A DNA stretch of 64,000 nt. Source: an uncultured Methylomirabilota bacterium (GTDB taxonomy: Bacteria; Methylomirabilota; Methylomirabilia; Methylomirabilales; 2-02-FULL-66-22). The DNA is taken from positions 1,472,001 through 1,536,000 of the forward strand of contig CAWJSJ010000002.1 in NCBI GenBank assembly GCA_963845565.1. Reading direction: 5' to 3'. Made by a program: the position numbers and the translations under genes. Positions 29,596 to 39,899 of this stretch are shown in pieces; positions within the stretch are counted from its first letter, which is position 1, and every line of letters begins with the position of its first letter. A model generated the notes under the pieces. That model did not search any database and was not told the DNA's origin. It saw nothing but the letters and a program-made list of their open reading frames with translations.

Positions 29596-30913
29596 GTGAC
29601 CTACGTTGAGGCGACCGCGTTTCTGTACGGCCTGCGCCGCTTCGGGTGGCGTCCGGGCCTTAGCCACCATCGAGCGTCTGCTGGCGCTGACGGGCGACCC
29701 GCATGAGGGCATTCCCTCGATTCACATCGGCGGGACCAACGGCAAAGGATCGACCGCCGCCATGGTGGATGCCATCCTGCGGGCCGCGGGGCACCGGATG
29801 GGCCTCTACACGTCTCCCCACCTGCTGAGTTTCACCGAACGGATCCGGGTAGACGGGGAGCCCATCGGCGAGGCCGAGATCGTCGCCCTCACCGAGCGGC
29901 TCAAGACGCTCTGCGCGCTCCACTTCGCCCCCGAGACGACGCAACCCCCCGGCGACCGCCTGCCCCACCCCACCTTCTTCGAACTCACGACGGCCATGGC
30001 CTTCCTGCATTTCAGGCGCAGGGCCGTGGACGCCGCGACGATCGAAGTGGGGTTGGGTGGCCGACTCGACGCCACCAACGTGATCCGGCCGCAGGTGGTG
30101 GTGATCACCAACATCGCCCTGGAGCATGAGGAGTATCTCGGGCGGACGGTGGCGGAGATCGCGGGCGAGAAGGCGGGGATCGTCAAATCCGGGGTGCCCG
30201 TCATCACCGGAGCGCGCGGCGAGGCGCTGGAAGTGATCGGACGGGCGGCCTCGGGCCTCGGCGCGCCCGTTGTCTCCGTTCCGGATGCCTATCGCTGGAG
30301 GGTGCGGGAATCGAGCCTTTCGGGAGAGGTCTTCGATCTTGACGGCCCCGAGGGATGCTATGGGGCTCTGCGGATCCCCCTGGTCGGTCGTCATCAGGTC
30401 GACAACGCCGTGCTCGCCGTCGCCGCGGTCGAGGCGGCCCGGGAACGCGGGCTCTGGTCGGACGAAGCCGCCATCCGTCGCGGCCTGGCGGCGACCGAGT
30501 GGCCGGGCCGCCTGCAGATCATCGAGGGTGAGCCCCGGATCATCCTCGATGGGGCGCACAACCCGGCAGGCGCGCACGTCCTGGCGACCTTTCTCGCGGA
30601 GCATCGGGCGGAGCTTGGCCGGCTGATCCTGGTCTTCGGTGTCCTCAAGGACAAGAACTGGGAGGCGATGCTGGGATGCCTCGCCCCTCTCGCCGACGAG
30701 ATCATCCTGACTCAGCCCCCGACGGCACGCGGAGCCGATCCTGCAGAGCTGCGATCCGCGGTCCGGGGGCGCGCCGCGACGCGGGTCGCCGCGGAACCCG
30801 CCGAGGCTCTCGCTCTTGCCCGTTCGACAGCCGGTGCTGCAGACACCATCCTGGTGGCCGGTTCGCTGTACACGGTGGCCGCCGCCCTCCGTATCCTGCG
30901 CCCGACAGTCTGA
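29596..30913 (+). CDS. folC: Folylpolyglutamate synthase/dihydrofolate synthase; +1 indel ~29660
   Basis: MTYVEATAFLYGL...PGL, then GGTNGKGST, YTSPHL, EVGLGGRLDATN, LDGAHN; follows accD. Confidence 0.92.
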
Positions 30914-31121
30914 ACGGCGATTCGGCGAACGGGCGCCGGAGACCGTCCTGCCAAATTGTCTGACTCCCAAGAGGCCGACTCCTTGCCAGCATGGTGCGGC
31001 TGCTTCCAGGAATCCCTTTTTGAGCCTCAGGCTCCGTGATCCGAAGAAGCGTAAGCCGAGGAGGCTCGGAAAGGCGAACCGAAGATGAATCCTCCGGCCT
31101 GCCCGGCGCATAGCCTAAGCC

Positions 31122-31355
31122 TCGCACGGGTTTTTCACGAAGGATTCGTGAACAATCCGGGCTTACCTGACGAGCACCCATTCCCGCGTACCGCGGGAGG
31201 ATACGTGGTGGCGGGCGGACCGGGTACCCATCCGCCGGGATGGGTGCGGTGTCACCCTGCACCGGCGACGTCTGATCCGTTCCGGGCCGCCGACTCCAAG
31301 AGCCTCTATTTAGCCCGCATTGTTCGCGAGCTGTGTTCGCGAATAATGCGGGCTA
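31122..31355. repeat. Two ~45-bp back-to-back inverted-repeat mini-elements flanking a solo mini-hairpin
   Basis: GCACGGGTTTTTCACGAA-GGA-TTCGTGAACAATCCGGGC (31124-31162); TAGCCCGCATTGTTCGCGA-N7-TCGCGAATAATGCGGGCTA (31311-31355); GGGTACCCATCC-GCCG-GGATGGGT (31222-31245). Confidence 0.7.
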
Positions 31356-31608
31356 GGGCTGATCTGCGGCCGAAGCGAGGTCATGATTCCATGGCGCACG
31401 TGCGGGCAATCGACCGCCGGATTCAGGGGGGAGTCCATCGGAAACTAGGATTGCTTTTGGTAGTACTCTGTGCAATTAGTGGTTTCCATCGAACGTTGTC
31501 CGTGCTCCGTCGGCCACGCCGCGGGTGCACGCCGTCCCAATCGGCCGACCCCACACGGACTTGGTTCTTGCGCGCCCAGCGCGAAAAAAGCCAGGGAGGA
31601 CCCACCCA

Positions 31609-32769
31609 ATGAGCCCGCTGACCTCCAAGGAACGGGTACTGATGGCATTGCGGCACGAGGAGCCGGATCGCGTCCCCATTGATTTTGGGGCCCGCCACAG
31701 CATTCACATTTCTGCTCATCGGGCCTTGAAGCGGCACCTCGGCCTACAGGACGGCGCGGACGCGGTCCGCAGCTATCTCAACAACAGCGCCGAGCCGGAC
31801 CCCCGCTTGCTGGCGCGGTTCGCCACGGACGTGATCGCCTTCCCGGTGGGGTCCGGAAGCCGATATACGTTTCGGCTGGACCCGGAGACCAACAGCTACG
31901 CCGACGAGTGGGGCATCACGATGCGGATGCCACCCGGCGGGTATTACTACGATCCTGTCGGATATCCTTTAGCTGCGGCACAGACGGTGGCGGAGGTTGA
32001 ACGCTTCCCCTTTCCCGACCCAGCCGATCCGCACCGTCTCGCCGGGATCCTGCAGCCGATCCGGGTCGCCAGCGCCGCCCGGGACAAGGCCATCCTCCTG
32101 AATGCCCCGACGGTCGGCATCTGGTGGCTGGCCTTCTACCTGCGCGGCCTCGAGCAGGCCATGGTGGACCTCGGCCTGCAGCCGGAGTTGACCGAGGCAT
32201 TGGCCGAGCGGATCACCGACTGGTATGTCGCCATGTGGGATGTCGTCCTGGCCCAGGTGGGCGATTTCATCGATGTCGTCCAGATGGAAGGCGACCTGGG
32301 CGACCAGCGGGGGCCGCTCTTTTCGCCCGAAATGTTCCGCCGGCTCTTCAAGCCCCGTTTCCGGCGGATCGCCGATGCCATCCGGCGCCGGACCAGCGCC
32401 AAGCTCCTCCTGCACGCGTGCGGCTCCGTCGCTTGGGCCATCCCCGATCTCATCGACGTGGGGGTGGACATCCTGAATCCGGTGCAGGTGAACGCGGCGG
32501 GAATGGAGACCGCCCGACTCAAGCGGGAATTCGGCCGCCACATCAGCTTCTGGGGCGGCGGATGCGACACCGGCATCCTTCAACACGGGTCGACCGCCGA
32601 GGTACGGGATGAAGTCCGGCGCCGCCTGGCGGACCTGGGGCCCGGGGGCGGCTTCATCTTCGGCTCCATCCACAACATCCAGGTCAACGTGCCCCCGCCG
32701 AACATCGTGGCCATGTTCGACACGGCGCGAGACGAGGGCCGCTACGGCGGCGGCCGGCCCGTCGGCTGA
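31609..32769 (+). CDS. UroD-superfamily protein
   Basis: EPDRVPID, DEWG, LRGLEQ, LHACGS, LNPVQ, HNIQVNVP. Confidence 0.85.
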   Translation: MSPLTSKERVLMALRHEEPDRVPIDFGARHSIHISAHRALKRHLGLQDGADAVRSYLNNSAEPDPRLLARFATDVIAFPVGSGSRYTFRLDPETNSYADEWGITMRMPPGGYYYDPVGYPLAAAQTVAEVERFPFPDPADPHRLAGILQPIRVASAARDKAILLNAPTVGIWWLAFYLRGLEQAMVDLGLQPELTEALAERITDWYVAMWDVVLAQVGDFIDVVQMEGDLGDQRGPLFSPEMFRRLFKPRFRRIADAIRRRTSAKLLLHACGSVAWAIPDLIDVGVDILNPVQVNAAGMETARLKREFGRHISFWGGGCDTGILQHGSTAEVRDEVRRRLADLGPGGGFIFGSIHNIQVNVPPPNIVAMFDTARDEGRYGGGRPVG

Positions 32770-33198
32770 TCCGTTCGCCATGGCGCTCCACGGATCGGCT
32801 GCCGCGCCGATATCCCCGCGCGCCCCGGAGGTGGCCCAGGGTCGATCTCCGGCCGAGCCGAGGCCCCTCATCCCTCTTTCCTGTTCACGCCCGCGTCCGG
32901 GGCGCAAGATGCTCCCCGTCGTTCCGGGGGCATGGCCGATTACCTCACCTGAAGTGCTCGTCCGGGGTTGGCTCGAGCGCTAGGACGAGCCTCGCCTGGG
33001 GTGCGGGGCGGCTGGCACCCCGATGGGTGTGGGGCCCCCGAAAGCAAACCCCTACCACCCACTCACCCTTCAGCGCTAACCCCAGTTACTCCTTGGGATT
33101 CCAAGGATGACAAGACCTGCTTCATCCTGCATCATAGGGATGTCGTTTGGGACCACCAAGCCCTGACCGCCGCGGGCACCTGAATCGGAGGAAGAGAC

Positions 33199-33693
33199 AT
33201 GACGCGCCGACAATTCTGCACGTGGATAGGAGGCGCCGCGACGGCCCTCGCTGGGTACCTATCAACCCGCGACGCCGCGCGAGCCGCCTCACCCCAGGCC
33301 ATCCCGTTCGAGATCACGAAGCCCGATGCCGAATGGAAGCGACTGCTGACGCCGGAGCAGTACGCCATATTGCGCCAACACGGCACGGAACGGGCAGGGA
33401 CCAGTTCCCTCAACAAGGAGCATCGCCGGGGGGTGTACGTCTGTGCGGGCTGCGATTTGCCCCTGTTCAAATCGGAGACGAAGTTCGAGAGCGGCACCGG
33501 ATGGCCCAGCTTCTGGACGCCGATCGAGCGGGCTGTCGGGACGACGGTCGACGAGAGCTTCTTCATGCGGCGCACCGAGGTGCACTGCCGCCGATGCGGC
33601 GGCCACCTGGGCCACGTCTTCGACGACGGGCCCAAACCCACGGGACTCCGCTACTGCATCAACGGCGTCGCCCTGAAGTTTGTCCCCGCCTGA
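33199..33693 (+). CDS. msrB: Peptide-methionine (R)-S-oxide reductase with a Tat-like signal
   Basis: [34 protein letters not shown]. Confidence 0.95.
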   Translation: MTRRQFCTWIGGAATALAGYLSTRDAARAASPQAIPFEITKPDAEWKRLLTPEQYAILRQHGTERAGTSSLNKEHRRGVYVCAGCDLPLFKSETKFESGTGWPSFWTPIERAVGTTVDESFFMRRTEVHCRRCGGHLGHVFDDGPKPTGLRYCINGVALKFVPA

Positions 33694-34107
33694 CGTAGCT
33701 CGTTTGGATGGCCCGCCGTCTCCCAGCCCGCGCCGGGATCGCCTACTGTTCGGTTGCCGTCATCGGGGTCCACCCCACCGTGGTCTTTCAGGCGGTGCGG
33801 CGGATCGCCGTGTTGGGTCCCTACTCTCCAGTCCCTCCCGGCCAAGCCGTGTGTCCCGTTACCACTCGGGCTGAGCACCGATGCGGTACCGGTTGCCGCC
33901 CCTGGGTCCTGTCACTGCCTCGTCCGCCGCGTTTCCGCTTGACACTCCGCCCGCGTCTGGGGTATCCGCGATGGAGGACAGTGGGGCGGACGGCGGTCGG
34001 CATCACCGATTCGGACGCTATGCCAACCGGGTGTCCTTCGAAGCCTGGCGCCGAATGCTCCCTTGGATGGCTCGAGGCCTGACGCGCCATCAAGAAGCGG
34101 GGCCCGC

Positions 34108-34929
34108 ATGAGGTATGCAATCTGCAATTGGCTCTTTCGAGAAGCGGATTTTCGGCGATGCTGCGAGATGGTGGCCCGGAACGGCTTTCAGGGGCTGGAG
34201 ATTGCGCACTTCACACTGTGCGACGATCCGCATGCGGTAAGCGAGGCGACGCTCCACGAGGTCCGCCGGGCGCTGGAGGAGACCGGCCTCGCCTTCGTCG
34301 GGCTGCACGCGCTTCTCTTCCGGCCCGCCGATCTCCACATCACCTCGGCCGAAGTCGCCGTCAGGGCGCGCGCGCGGGATCATCTCCGGAGGCTGATCGA
34401 CATGGCCGGAGCGCTCGGCGGCGGCACGCTGGTCCTGGGCTCCCCCAGGCAGCGCAGGGCCGAGGGAATCCCGCCGGCGCGCGCGGTGGAATACCTGCGG
34501 GAATACCTGGCGGAACTGGGCCCCTACGCGACAGAGCGAAAGTCGTCCCTTCTGGTCGAGGCGCTTCCCCCGGCGGACACCAATGTGATCAACACCCTGG
34601 AAGAAGCGCGGAGCCTGATCCGCGCGGTCAACACGCCCGGTGTCGCCGGGATGTTCGACTTCCACAACACCAAGGCCGAGCGCCTTTCCTGGGCGGCGTT
34701 GATCGAGGAATACTTCGACATCATCCGGCACGTGCACTTGAATGCCGTCGATGGCAGTGTGCCGACGACGGACAATGCGGATTATGCACCGGCGTTCCGG
34801 ACATTGGCCGCACAGAAATACGCCGGATGGGTGTCGCTGGAGATCTTCCACCAGCCTGAAGATCCGGATACCGTGCTCGGGGCCACGAGACGGTTCCTGA
34901 CCGACATGGAAGCGCGGATTCGCGCTTAA
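34108..34929 (+). CDS. Sugar phosphate isomerase/epimerase (TIM barrel, tagatose-3-epimerase-like)
   Basis: VLGSP, LVEAL, MFDFHN, HVHLN, WVSLE. Confidence 0.8.
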   Translation: MRYAICNWLFREADFRRCCEMVARNGFQGLEIAHFTLCDDPHAVSEATLHEVRRALEETGLAFVGLHALLFRPADLHITSAEVAVRARARDHLRRLIDMAGALGGGTLVLGSPRQRRAEGIPPARAVEYLREYLAELGPYATERKSSLLVEALPPADTNVINTLEEARSLIRAVNTPGVAGMFDFHNTKAERLSWAALIEEYFDIIRHVHLNAVDGSVPTTDNADYAPAFRTLAAQKYAGWVSLEIFHQPEDPDTVLGATRRFLTDMEARIRA

Positions 34930-34930
34930 A

Positions 34931-35112
34931 CAGGGTGCTGAAACACTCGCCTTGTGTCGGGCTGCTCAAAAAGGTCCAGATGCAAGGCGGAGCGCAAAGG
35001 GCGGGTACCACCGCAGGTGGGTCAAGGCGTACTCCAGGTACGCCGCAGCGAGCGCCCGAGCGGGGGTACCCGTCCGAGGATGGGTCCCCGCAGGGCCTTT
35101 TTCAGCAGCCGG
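34931..35112 (+). repeat. Dispersed palindromic element, copy B (left extension plus two nested hairpins)
   Basis: CAGGGTGCTGAAACAC...GGGCTGCTCAAAAAGGTCCAGATGCAAGGCGG...GGCGTACTCCAGGTACGCCGCAGCGAG...GGGCCTTTTTCAGCAGCC. Confidence 0.9.
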
Positions 35113-35134
35113 TGAAGGCGAGATGGGGGGCGGC

Positions 35135-35983
35135 ATGAAGCACAGCGCGTTCACGGTCTTGCTTCCCGATCGGGGCCTCGACGAGGTCTTTCAGCTCCTG
35201 AGCCAGCTAGGCTATGACGGGGTCGAGCTGCGCGTGAAGGAGGACTACCATGTGGCCCCGGATCAACTCCTGTCCTGTGTTGGCAAGCTGACGCTCCTGA
35301 TGGCGCGGACGGGGCTCGAGGTTCCCGTGCTGGGGACCTACCTGTTCGCGACCGACCTCGAGAAGCTGCTGCCTGTGTTCGAGGCGGCGGATCGGTTGGG
35401 CGCGAGGGGAATCAGGGTGTCGTTGGGGCCTCCTCTTGACGGCACGCGATCCTACTGGGAGGTGCTGGCGGAGGCCCAGCGATGCGTGGAGGCCTTGGTC
35501 AAGGCCATCCAGCCATTTCAGGCCAAGGCGCTCTTTGAGATCCATTTCCGGACGGCGATTGCGAGCCCGAGCATGGCCTATCTCCTGCTCAAGCCGTTCG
35601 ATCCGGCGCGCGTCGGCGTCATCTACGATCCCGCCAACATGATCATCGAGGGCAGGGAGGACTGGAGGCTCGGCCTGGACGTGATCGGGGACTACCTGGC
35701 CCACGTGCACGTCAAGAACACCGCCTGGTATCGGGAAAAGGGTTGGGCGTGGAGATGGGAGGAACTCGCCACAGGGATCGTGGACTGGGTAGAGATGATC
35801 CGGATTCTCTCGGCTCACGGCTACGCAGGGTATCTCTCGAATGAGAACCTGAGCGGGGTCGTCCTTCCGGGCGCCACCGGGTTCGTCGGTGAGACACTCT
35901 CGCAGGCGACAGGCCGGACCGCTCAGCCGATCGAGGCCAAGCTGCGCGACGATCTGCAGTACCTGAAAGGCCTCGAGCGCTAG
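35135..35983 (+). CDS. Sugar phosphate isomerase/epimerase (AP endonuclease 2 fold)
   Basis: GYDGVELR, FEIH, YDPAN, HVHVKN, GYLSNE. Confidence 0.82.
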   Translation: MKHSAFTVLLPDRGLDEVFQLLSQLGYDGVELRVKEDYHVAPDQLLSCVGKLTLLMARTGLEVPVLGTYLFATDLEKLLPVFEAADRLGARGIRVSLGPPLDGTRSYWEVLAEAQRCVEALVKAIQPFQAKALFEIHFRTAIASPSMAYLLLKPFDPARVGVIYDPANMIIEGREDWRLGLDVIGDYLAHVHVKNTAWYREKGWAWRWEELATGIVDWVEMIRILSAHGYAGYLSNENLSGVVLPGATGFVGETLSQATGRTAQPIEAKLRDDLQYLKGLER

Positions 35984-36207
35984 GCCGAGTCCCGCCGGGG
36001 GTGCGGCGCGGCGGCCGGCCCAATAGTTGCGGGGCCCCCGGAAAGCAGCGTGCTGTCATCCGCTTGCCGAGCCGCCCAGTGCTTCCGCACGCCCTGTCCG
36101 TCCAGGTTAATCCGCTTTTTCGTTATAATGTGGTGTGCTAACATCCCTCGTCATTCGATAGGGTTCTCATCGTGACTCGTCCGGACCCGCGGAGATGGAG
36201 GTCGCCC

Positions 36208-37629
36208 ATGGCGTTGACCAAGATCGCTTCCCCTCCTAAGCCCCAGGATGTCTGCGCCATTGTGATGGCTGCCGGCCAGGGGACACGGATGCGTTCCGAT
36301 CTCCCCAAGATGCTCCACTCGCTGGGCGGTCTGCCCATGGTGGGTCACGTCCTGGAGTTGTGTCGCCGCCTGGGCGTCAAGCGGACGCTGGTCGTGATCG
36401 GCCATCAGGCGGACCGGGTCCGCGAGGCACTGGCGGTCTACCCGGTGGAGTTCATCCTGCAAGCGGAACAGCGCGGGACCGCCCACGCCGTGCTCCAGGC
36501 GGAGGAGGCCCTGCAGGGGGTGACCGGAGAGGTCCTGGTGCTGAACGGGGACGTGCCCCTGCTGTCCGACGAGCTGGTGGAGCGCCTGCTCGCCACCCAC
36601 GCCAAGGCGCGCGCGGTCGCCACCGTGGTCACCACCCGCCTCGCCAACCCCACGGGGTACGGCCGGGTTCTCCGGGACTCGCGCGGCGCGTTCCGGGGCA
36701 TCGTCGAGGAAGTGGAGGCGACGGCTGCCCAGCGGCGAGTGCAGGAGATCAACACCGGCATCTACTGTTTCAGCCTGCCCCGCGTATTTGCCGCGCTCCA
36801 CAGGGTCCGGCCGTCGGCCGTCAAGGGAGAGTTGTACCTCCCCGAGGTCCTGCCCATCCTGATGAAGGCGCGCGGCCGGATCGCCACGGTTCTGGCCGAG
36901 GACTCCCGAGAGGTGCTCGGGATCAACACCCGGGCCGAGCTGGCGGAGGCCTACGGCATCCAGCGCCGACGGGTCGTGGAGCGGCTGATGGAGTCGGGGG
37001 TCACCTGCCTCGATCCCGCCACGACGCACGTGTCGGTGCTGGCGGCGGTGGGCCGCGACACGGTCCTGTACCCCCAGGTGCAGCTCGAAGGGCGCACACG
37101 CATCGGGGAGGGGTGCACCGTACACGCCGGGTGCCGGATCCGGGACTCCGAGATCGGCAACCGGGCGACGGTGCTTGACGGGTGCGTGATCCTGGAGGCC
37201 GAGATCGCCGACGAATGCGCCATCGGGCCGTACGCCCACCTCCGACCCGGCAACCGGATCCGGCGCAAGGTGAAGATCGGGAATTTCGTGGAGGTCAAGA
37301 AATCGGTGGTCGGTGAAGGCTCCAAGGTTCCACACCTGACCTACCTGGGGGACAGCACGGTCGGGGAGCGCGTGAACGTCGGTGCCGGAACGATCACCTG
37401 TAATTACGACGGGTTCGGCAAACACCAGACGATCATCGAGGACGAGGCCTTCATCGGCTCCAACTCCTGCTTGGTGGCCCCGGCTCGGATCGGACGCGGG
37501 GCATACGTGGCCGCCGGCTCCACGATCACCCAGGAGGTCCCGCCGGATGCCCTGGCATTCGGCCGGGCGCAGCAGGTCAACAAGGAGGGCCGGGCGGCCG
37601 CCATCCGGGCGGCCAAGGCCAAGAAGTGA
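36208..37629 (+). CDS. glmU: Bifunctional UDP-GlcNAc pyrophosphorylase/GlcN-1-P acetyltransferase
   Basis: MAAGQGTRMRS.LPK, GYGR, GNFVEVK, TITCNYDG, hexapeptide repeats. Confidence 0.96.
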   Translation: MALTKIASPPKPQDVCAIVMAAGQGTRMRSDLPKMLHSLGGLPMVGHVLELCRRLGVKRTLVVIGHQADRVREALAVYPVEFILQAEQRGTAHAVLQAEEALQGVTGEVLVLNGDVPLLSDELVERLLATHAKARAVATVVTTRLANPTGYGRVLRDSRGAFRGIVEEVEATAAQRRVQEINTGIYCFSLPRVFAALHRVRPSAVKGELYLPEVLPILMKARGRIATVLAEDSREVLGINTRAELAEAYGIQRRRVVERLMESGVTCLDPATTHVSVLAAVGRDTVLYPQVQLEGRTRIGEGCTVHAGCRIRDSEIGNRATVLDGCVILEAEIADECAIGPYAHLRPGNRIRRKVKIGNFVEVKKSVVGEGSKVPHLTYLGDSTVGERVNVGAGTITCNYDGFGKHQTIIEDEAFIGSNSCLVAPARIGRGAYVAAGSTITQEVPPDALAFGRAQQVNKEGRAAAIRAAKAKK

Positions 37630-38660
37630 CCGCCGACCCCTCTGCGGCCGTCCCGCGGATCGTGGCGCTGGGCGGCCGCTCGGGACCCTCGCTGATTGTC
37701 GAGGGCTTCCAGGGCGCCGGTTGGGACGTTACGGCCTTGGTCGTGACGACCGACTGCGGCAGCAGCAGCGGCGTCATCCGCGACCAGTTCGGCGTGCCCG
37801 CGCCCGGCGACATCCGGGCGGTGCTGACCGCCGCCTCGGGGCCGTCGCCGGAGCTGCGGGTCCTGGCGGACCTGTTCGAGTTTCGATTCCACCCCCTGCA
37901 GGATTCCGCTCTGCGCAACATGGCGCTCGGCAACCTGATCCTCACCGCCTACGCCAAGGTGCTCGGGGACTTCGAGCAGGCCGTGGAGGCGGCGGCGCGA
38001 GTGCTGCATTGCTGGGCGCGGGTGCTGCCCGTCCCCTCGTCGCCGGCGACGTTATGCGCCCGCCTCGCCGACGACTCGGTGGTGCGAGGCGAGGTGAACG
38101 TGCGCGCCACCGGGAAGCCTCCCGTCGCGACGGTCTTTCTGGAGCCCAATGACGCCCGGGTCTCGGAAGCGTGCCTGCAGGCGATTCAGGAAGCGGACCT
38201 GGTGGTGCTCGGCCCCGGCGGGTTGTACTGCAGTGTGCTGGCGAGCCTCCTGCCCCTGCCCATCCGGCATGCCATCCGGGGCCGCCGGGGCAAGACGGCC
38301 TACGTCTGCAACACCACGACCCAGCCGGGTCAAACCGACGGTTTCGACGCGACTACCCACGTCCGGGAGATCCTGCGCTACCTGGGGGAGGGGCACCTGG
38401 ATTACGTGCTGCTGAATATCGAGATCCCCTCGCCGGACATGGTCGCGGCCTACGGCGCGGACCAGGTGCACTTCATGCCGGTGACGCCGGAGGAGATCCG
38501 GCGGGTGAAGGCCCTGGGTCCGATGCCGGTGGTGGGGGACTTCGTGGAGGACGACTGGCGCGGGAAGCGGTCGCTCCACAAGCTGGACACCATCCGCCAC
38601 GATCCCCGGAAGGTGGCCACCGCACTGAAGAACTTGGTTGCGAGCGGCGGGCGGGAATAG
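37626..38660 (+). CDS. yvcK: YvcK/GlmR (CofD-like) family protein
   Basis: [35 protein letters not shown]. Confidence 0.8.
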   Translation: MTADPSAAVPRIVALGGRSGPSLIVEGFQGAGWDVTALVVTTDCGSSSGVIRDQFGVPAPGDIRAVLTAASGPSPELRVLADLFEFRFHPLQDSALRNMALGNLILTAYAKVLGDFEQAVEAAARVLHCWARVLPVPSSPATLCARLADDSVVRGEVNVRATGKPPVATVFLEPNDARVSEACLQAIQEADLVVLGPGGLYCSVLASLLPLPIRHAIRGRRGKTAYVCNTTTQPGQTDGFDATTHVREILRYLGEGHLDYVLLNIEIPSPDMVAAYGADQVHFMPVTPEEIRRVKALGPMPVVGDFVEDDWRGKRSLHKLDTIRHDPRKVATALKNLVASGGRE

Positions 38661-38749
38661 GCAGGGCGACAGCGACAGCGATCTCTGACAGCGGCGGACG
38701 GACCCTTGCCCTGTCGGATTTCCCTGTCGGTTTTCAGGGGAGGAGGCCG

Positions 38750-39745
38750 ATGCGATATCGGAGGTTCGGGGCCACCGATCTCCAGGCGTCCGAAGTCGGT
38801 TTCGGCGTCTGGACGGTGGGCACCACCATGTGGGGGATCACGGACGAGGCGGTGGGCATCCGCCTGTTGCGGCGGGCGCTGGACCTCGGGGTGACTTTCT
38901 ACGACACGGCGGACGTGTATGGGGATGGCCTCGGGGAGACGATCCTGGCGAAGGCCTTCGAGGGGAAACGCGACCAGGTCGTCTACTCCACGAAGTTCGG
39001 CTACGACTTCTACAAGCATCCCGGTGTGCAGCCGGGCCAGCGCGAGCGGCCCCAGGACTGGACGCCGGCCTACCTGCGGCAGGCCTGCGAGGCGAGCCTG
39101 CGCCGCCTGGCGACGGATCGGATCGACCTGTACCAGCTCCACAATCCGCGGATCGACACGCTTCGGCGCGATGACCTGTTTGCAGAGCTGGACCGGCTGA
39201 AGGCCGAGGGGAAGATTCGACACTACGGCGCGACGCTGGGGCCGGCCATCGACCTGCGGCAAGCGGACGAGGGGCAGTGCTGCGTGACCGAGCGGCGGAT
39301 GACCACCCAGATCATCTACAATCTGCTGGAGCAGCAGATCGGTGCGCCGTTGATCCCGGTGGCCAAGACGCACGGCGTGGGGCTCATGGTGCGCGTGCCC
39401 CACTCGTCCGGCCTGCTGGAGGGCCGCTACACGCAGGAGACGACGTTCGGGAAGGACGATCACCGGTTCTTCCGGGTGAGCAGCGACGAGCGAAAAAAGG
39501 CCTGGCTGGACGCGGGCCTGAAGAAGGTGGAGCGGCTCCGCTTCCTGATCGACGGGACCGGGCGCACGATCGCCCAGGCAGCCATCCGGTGGATCCTGGC
39601 GGAGCCCTGTTTTGCCTCTGTCTTGCCCAACATCTATTCCGAGGAGCAACTGCAGGAGTTCGCCGCGGCCTCGGAGGTGCCCGACCTGACGCCGGAGGAA
39701 TTGCGCAAGGTGAGCGATCTGTACGCCAGGAATTTCGACCTCTAG
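38750..39745 (+). CDS. Aldo/keto reductase
   Basis: [23 protein letters not shown]. Confidence 0.9.
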   Translation: MRYRRFGATDLQASEVGFGVWTVGTTMWGITDEAVGIRLLRRALDLGVTFYDTADVYGDGLGETILAKAFEGKRDQVVYSTKFGYDFYKHPGVQPGQRERPQDWTPAYLRQACEASLRRLATDRIDLYQLHNPRIDTLRRDDLFAELDRLKAEGKIRHYGATLGPAIDLRQADEGQCCVTERRMTTQIIYNLLEQQIGAPLIPVAKTHGVGLMVRVPHSSGLLEGRYTQETTFGKDDHRFFRVSSDERKKAWLDAGLKKVERLRFLIDGTGRTIAQAAIRWILAEPCFASVLPNIYSEEQLQEFAAASEVPDLTPEELRKVSDLYARNFDL

Positions 39746-39792
39746 CCGGCCTCCGTATAGACAGGGGTAGCGGCGGCGGAACGGGCGTTCGC

Positions 39793-39883
39793 CGGTTCGG
39801 CCGGACGGCTGTTCAGTGGAACCGCCGAACTGCCGAACTGCCGAACCGGCGTGTCGTCGAACCTCGAACCCTGAACGTCGAAC
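39793..39883. repeat. Octamer and heptamer tandem repeats before glmS
   Basis: CGGTTCGG... AACCGCCG-AACTGCCG-AACTGCCG-AACCG; TCGAACC-TCGAACC-CTGAACG-TCGAAC. Confidence 0.75.
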
Positions 39884-39899
39884 ACAAGGACGGTCATCC

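Noticed and set aside
34935..35138. Small ORFs containing LLKKVQMQGG (also 43635-43886 and the start of 61534-62730)
   Set aside because: They are translations of the dispersed repeat, not a protein family.
39746..39899. glmS ribozyme
   Set aside because: The region consists of short tandem repeats, and I see no glmS ribozyme core consensus.
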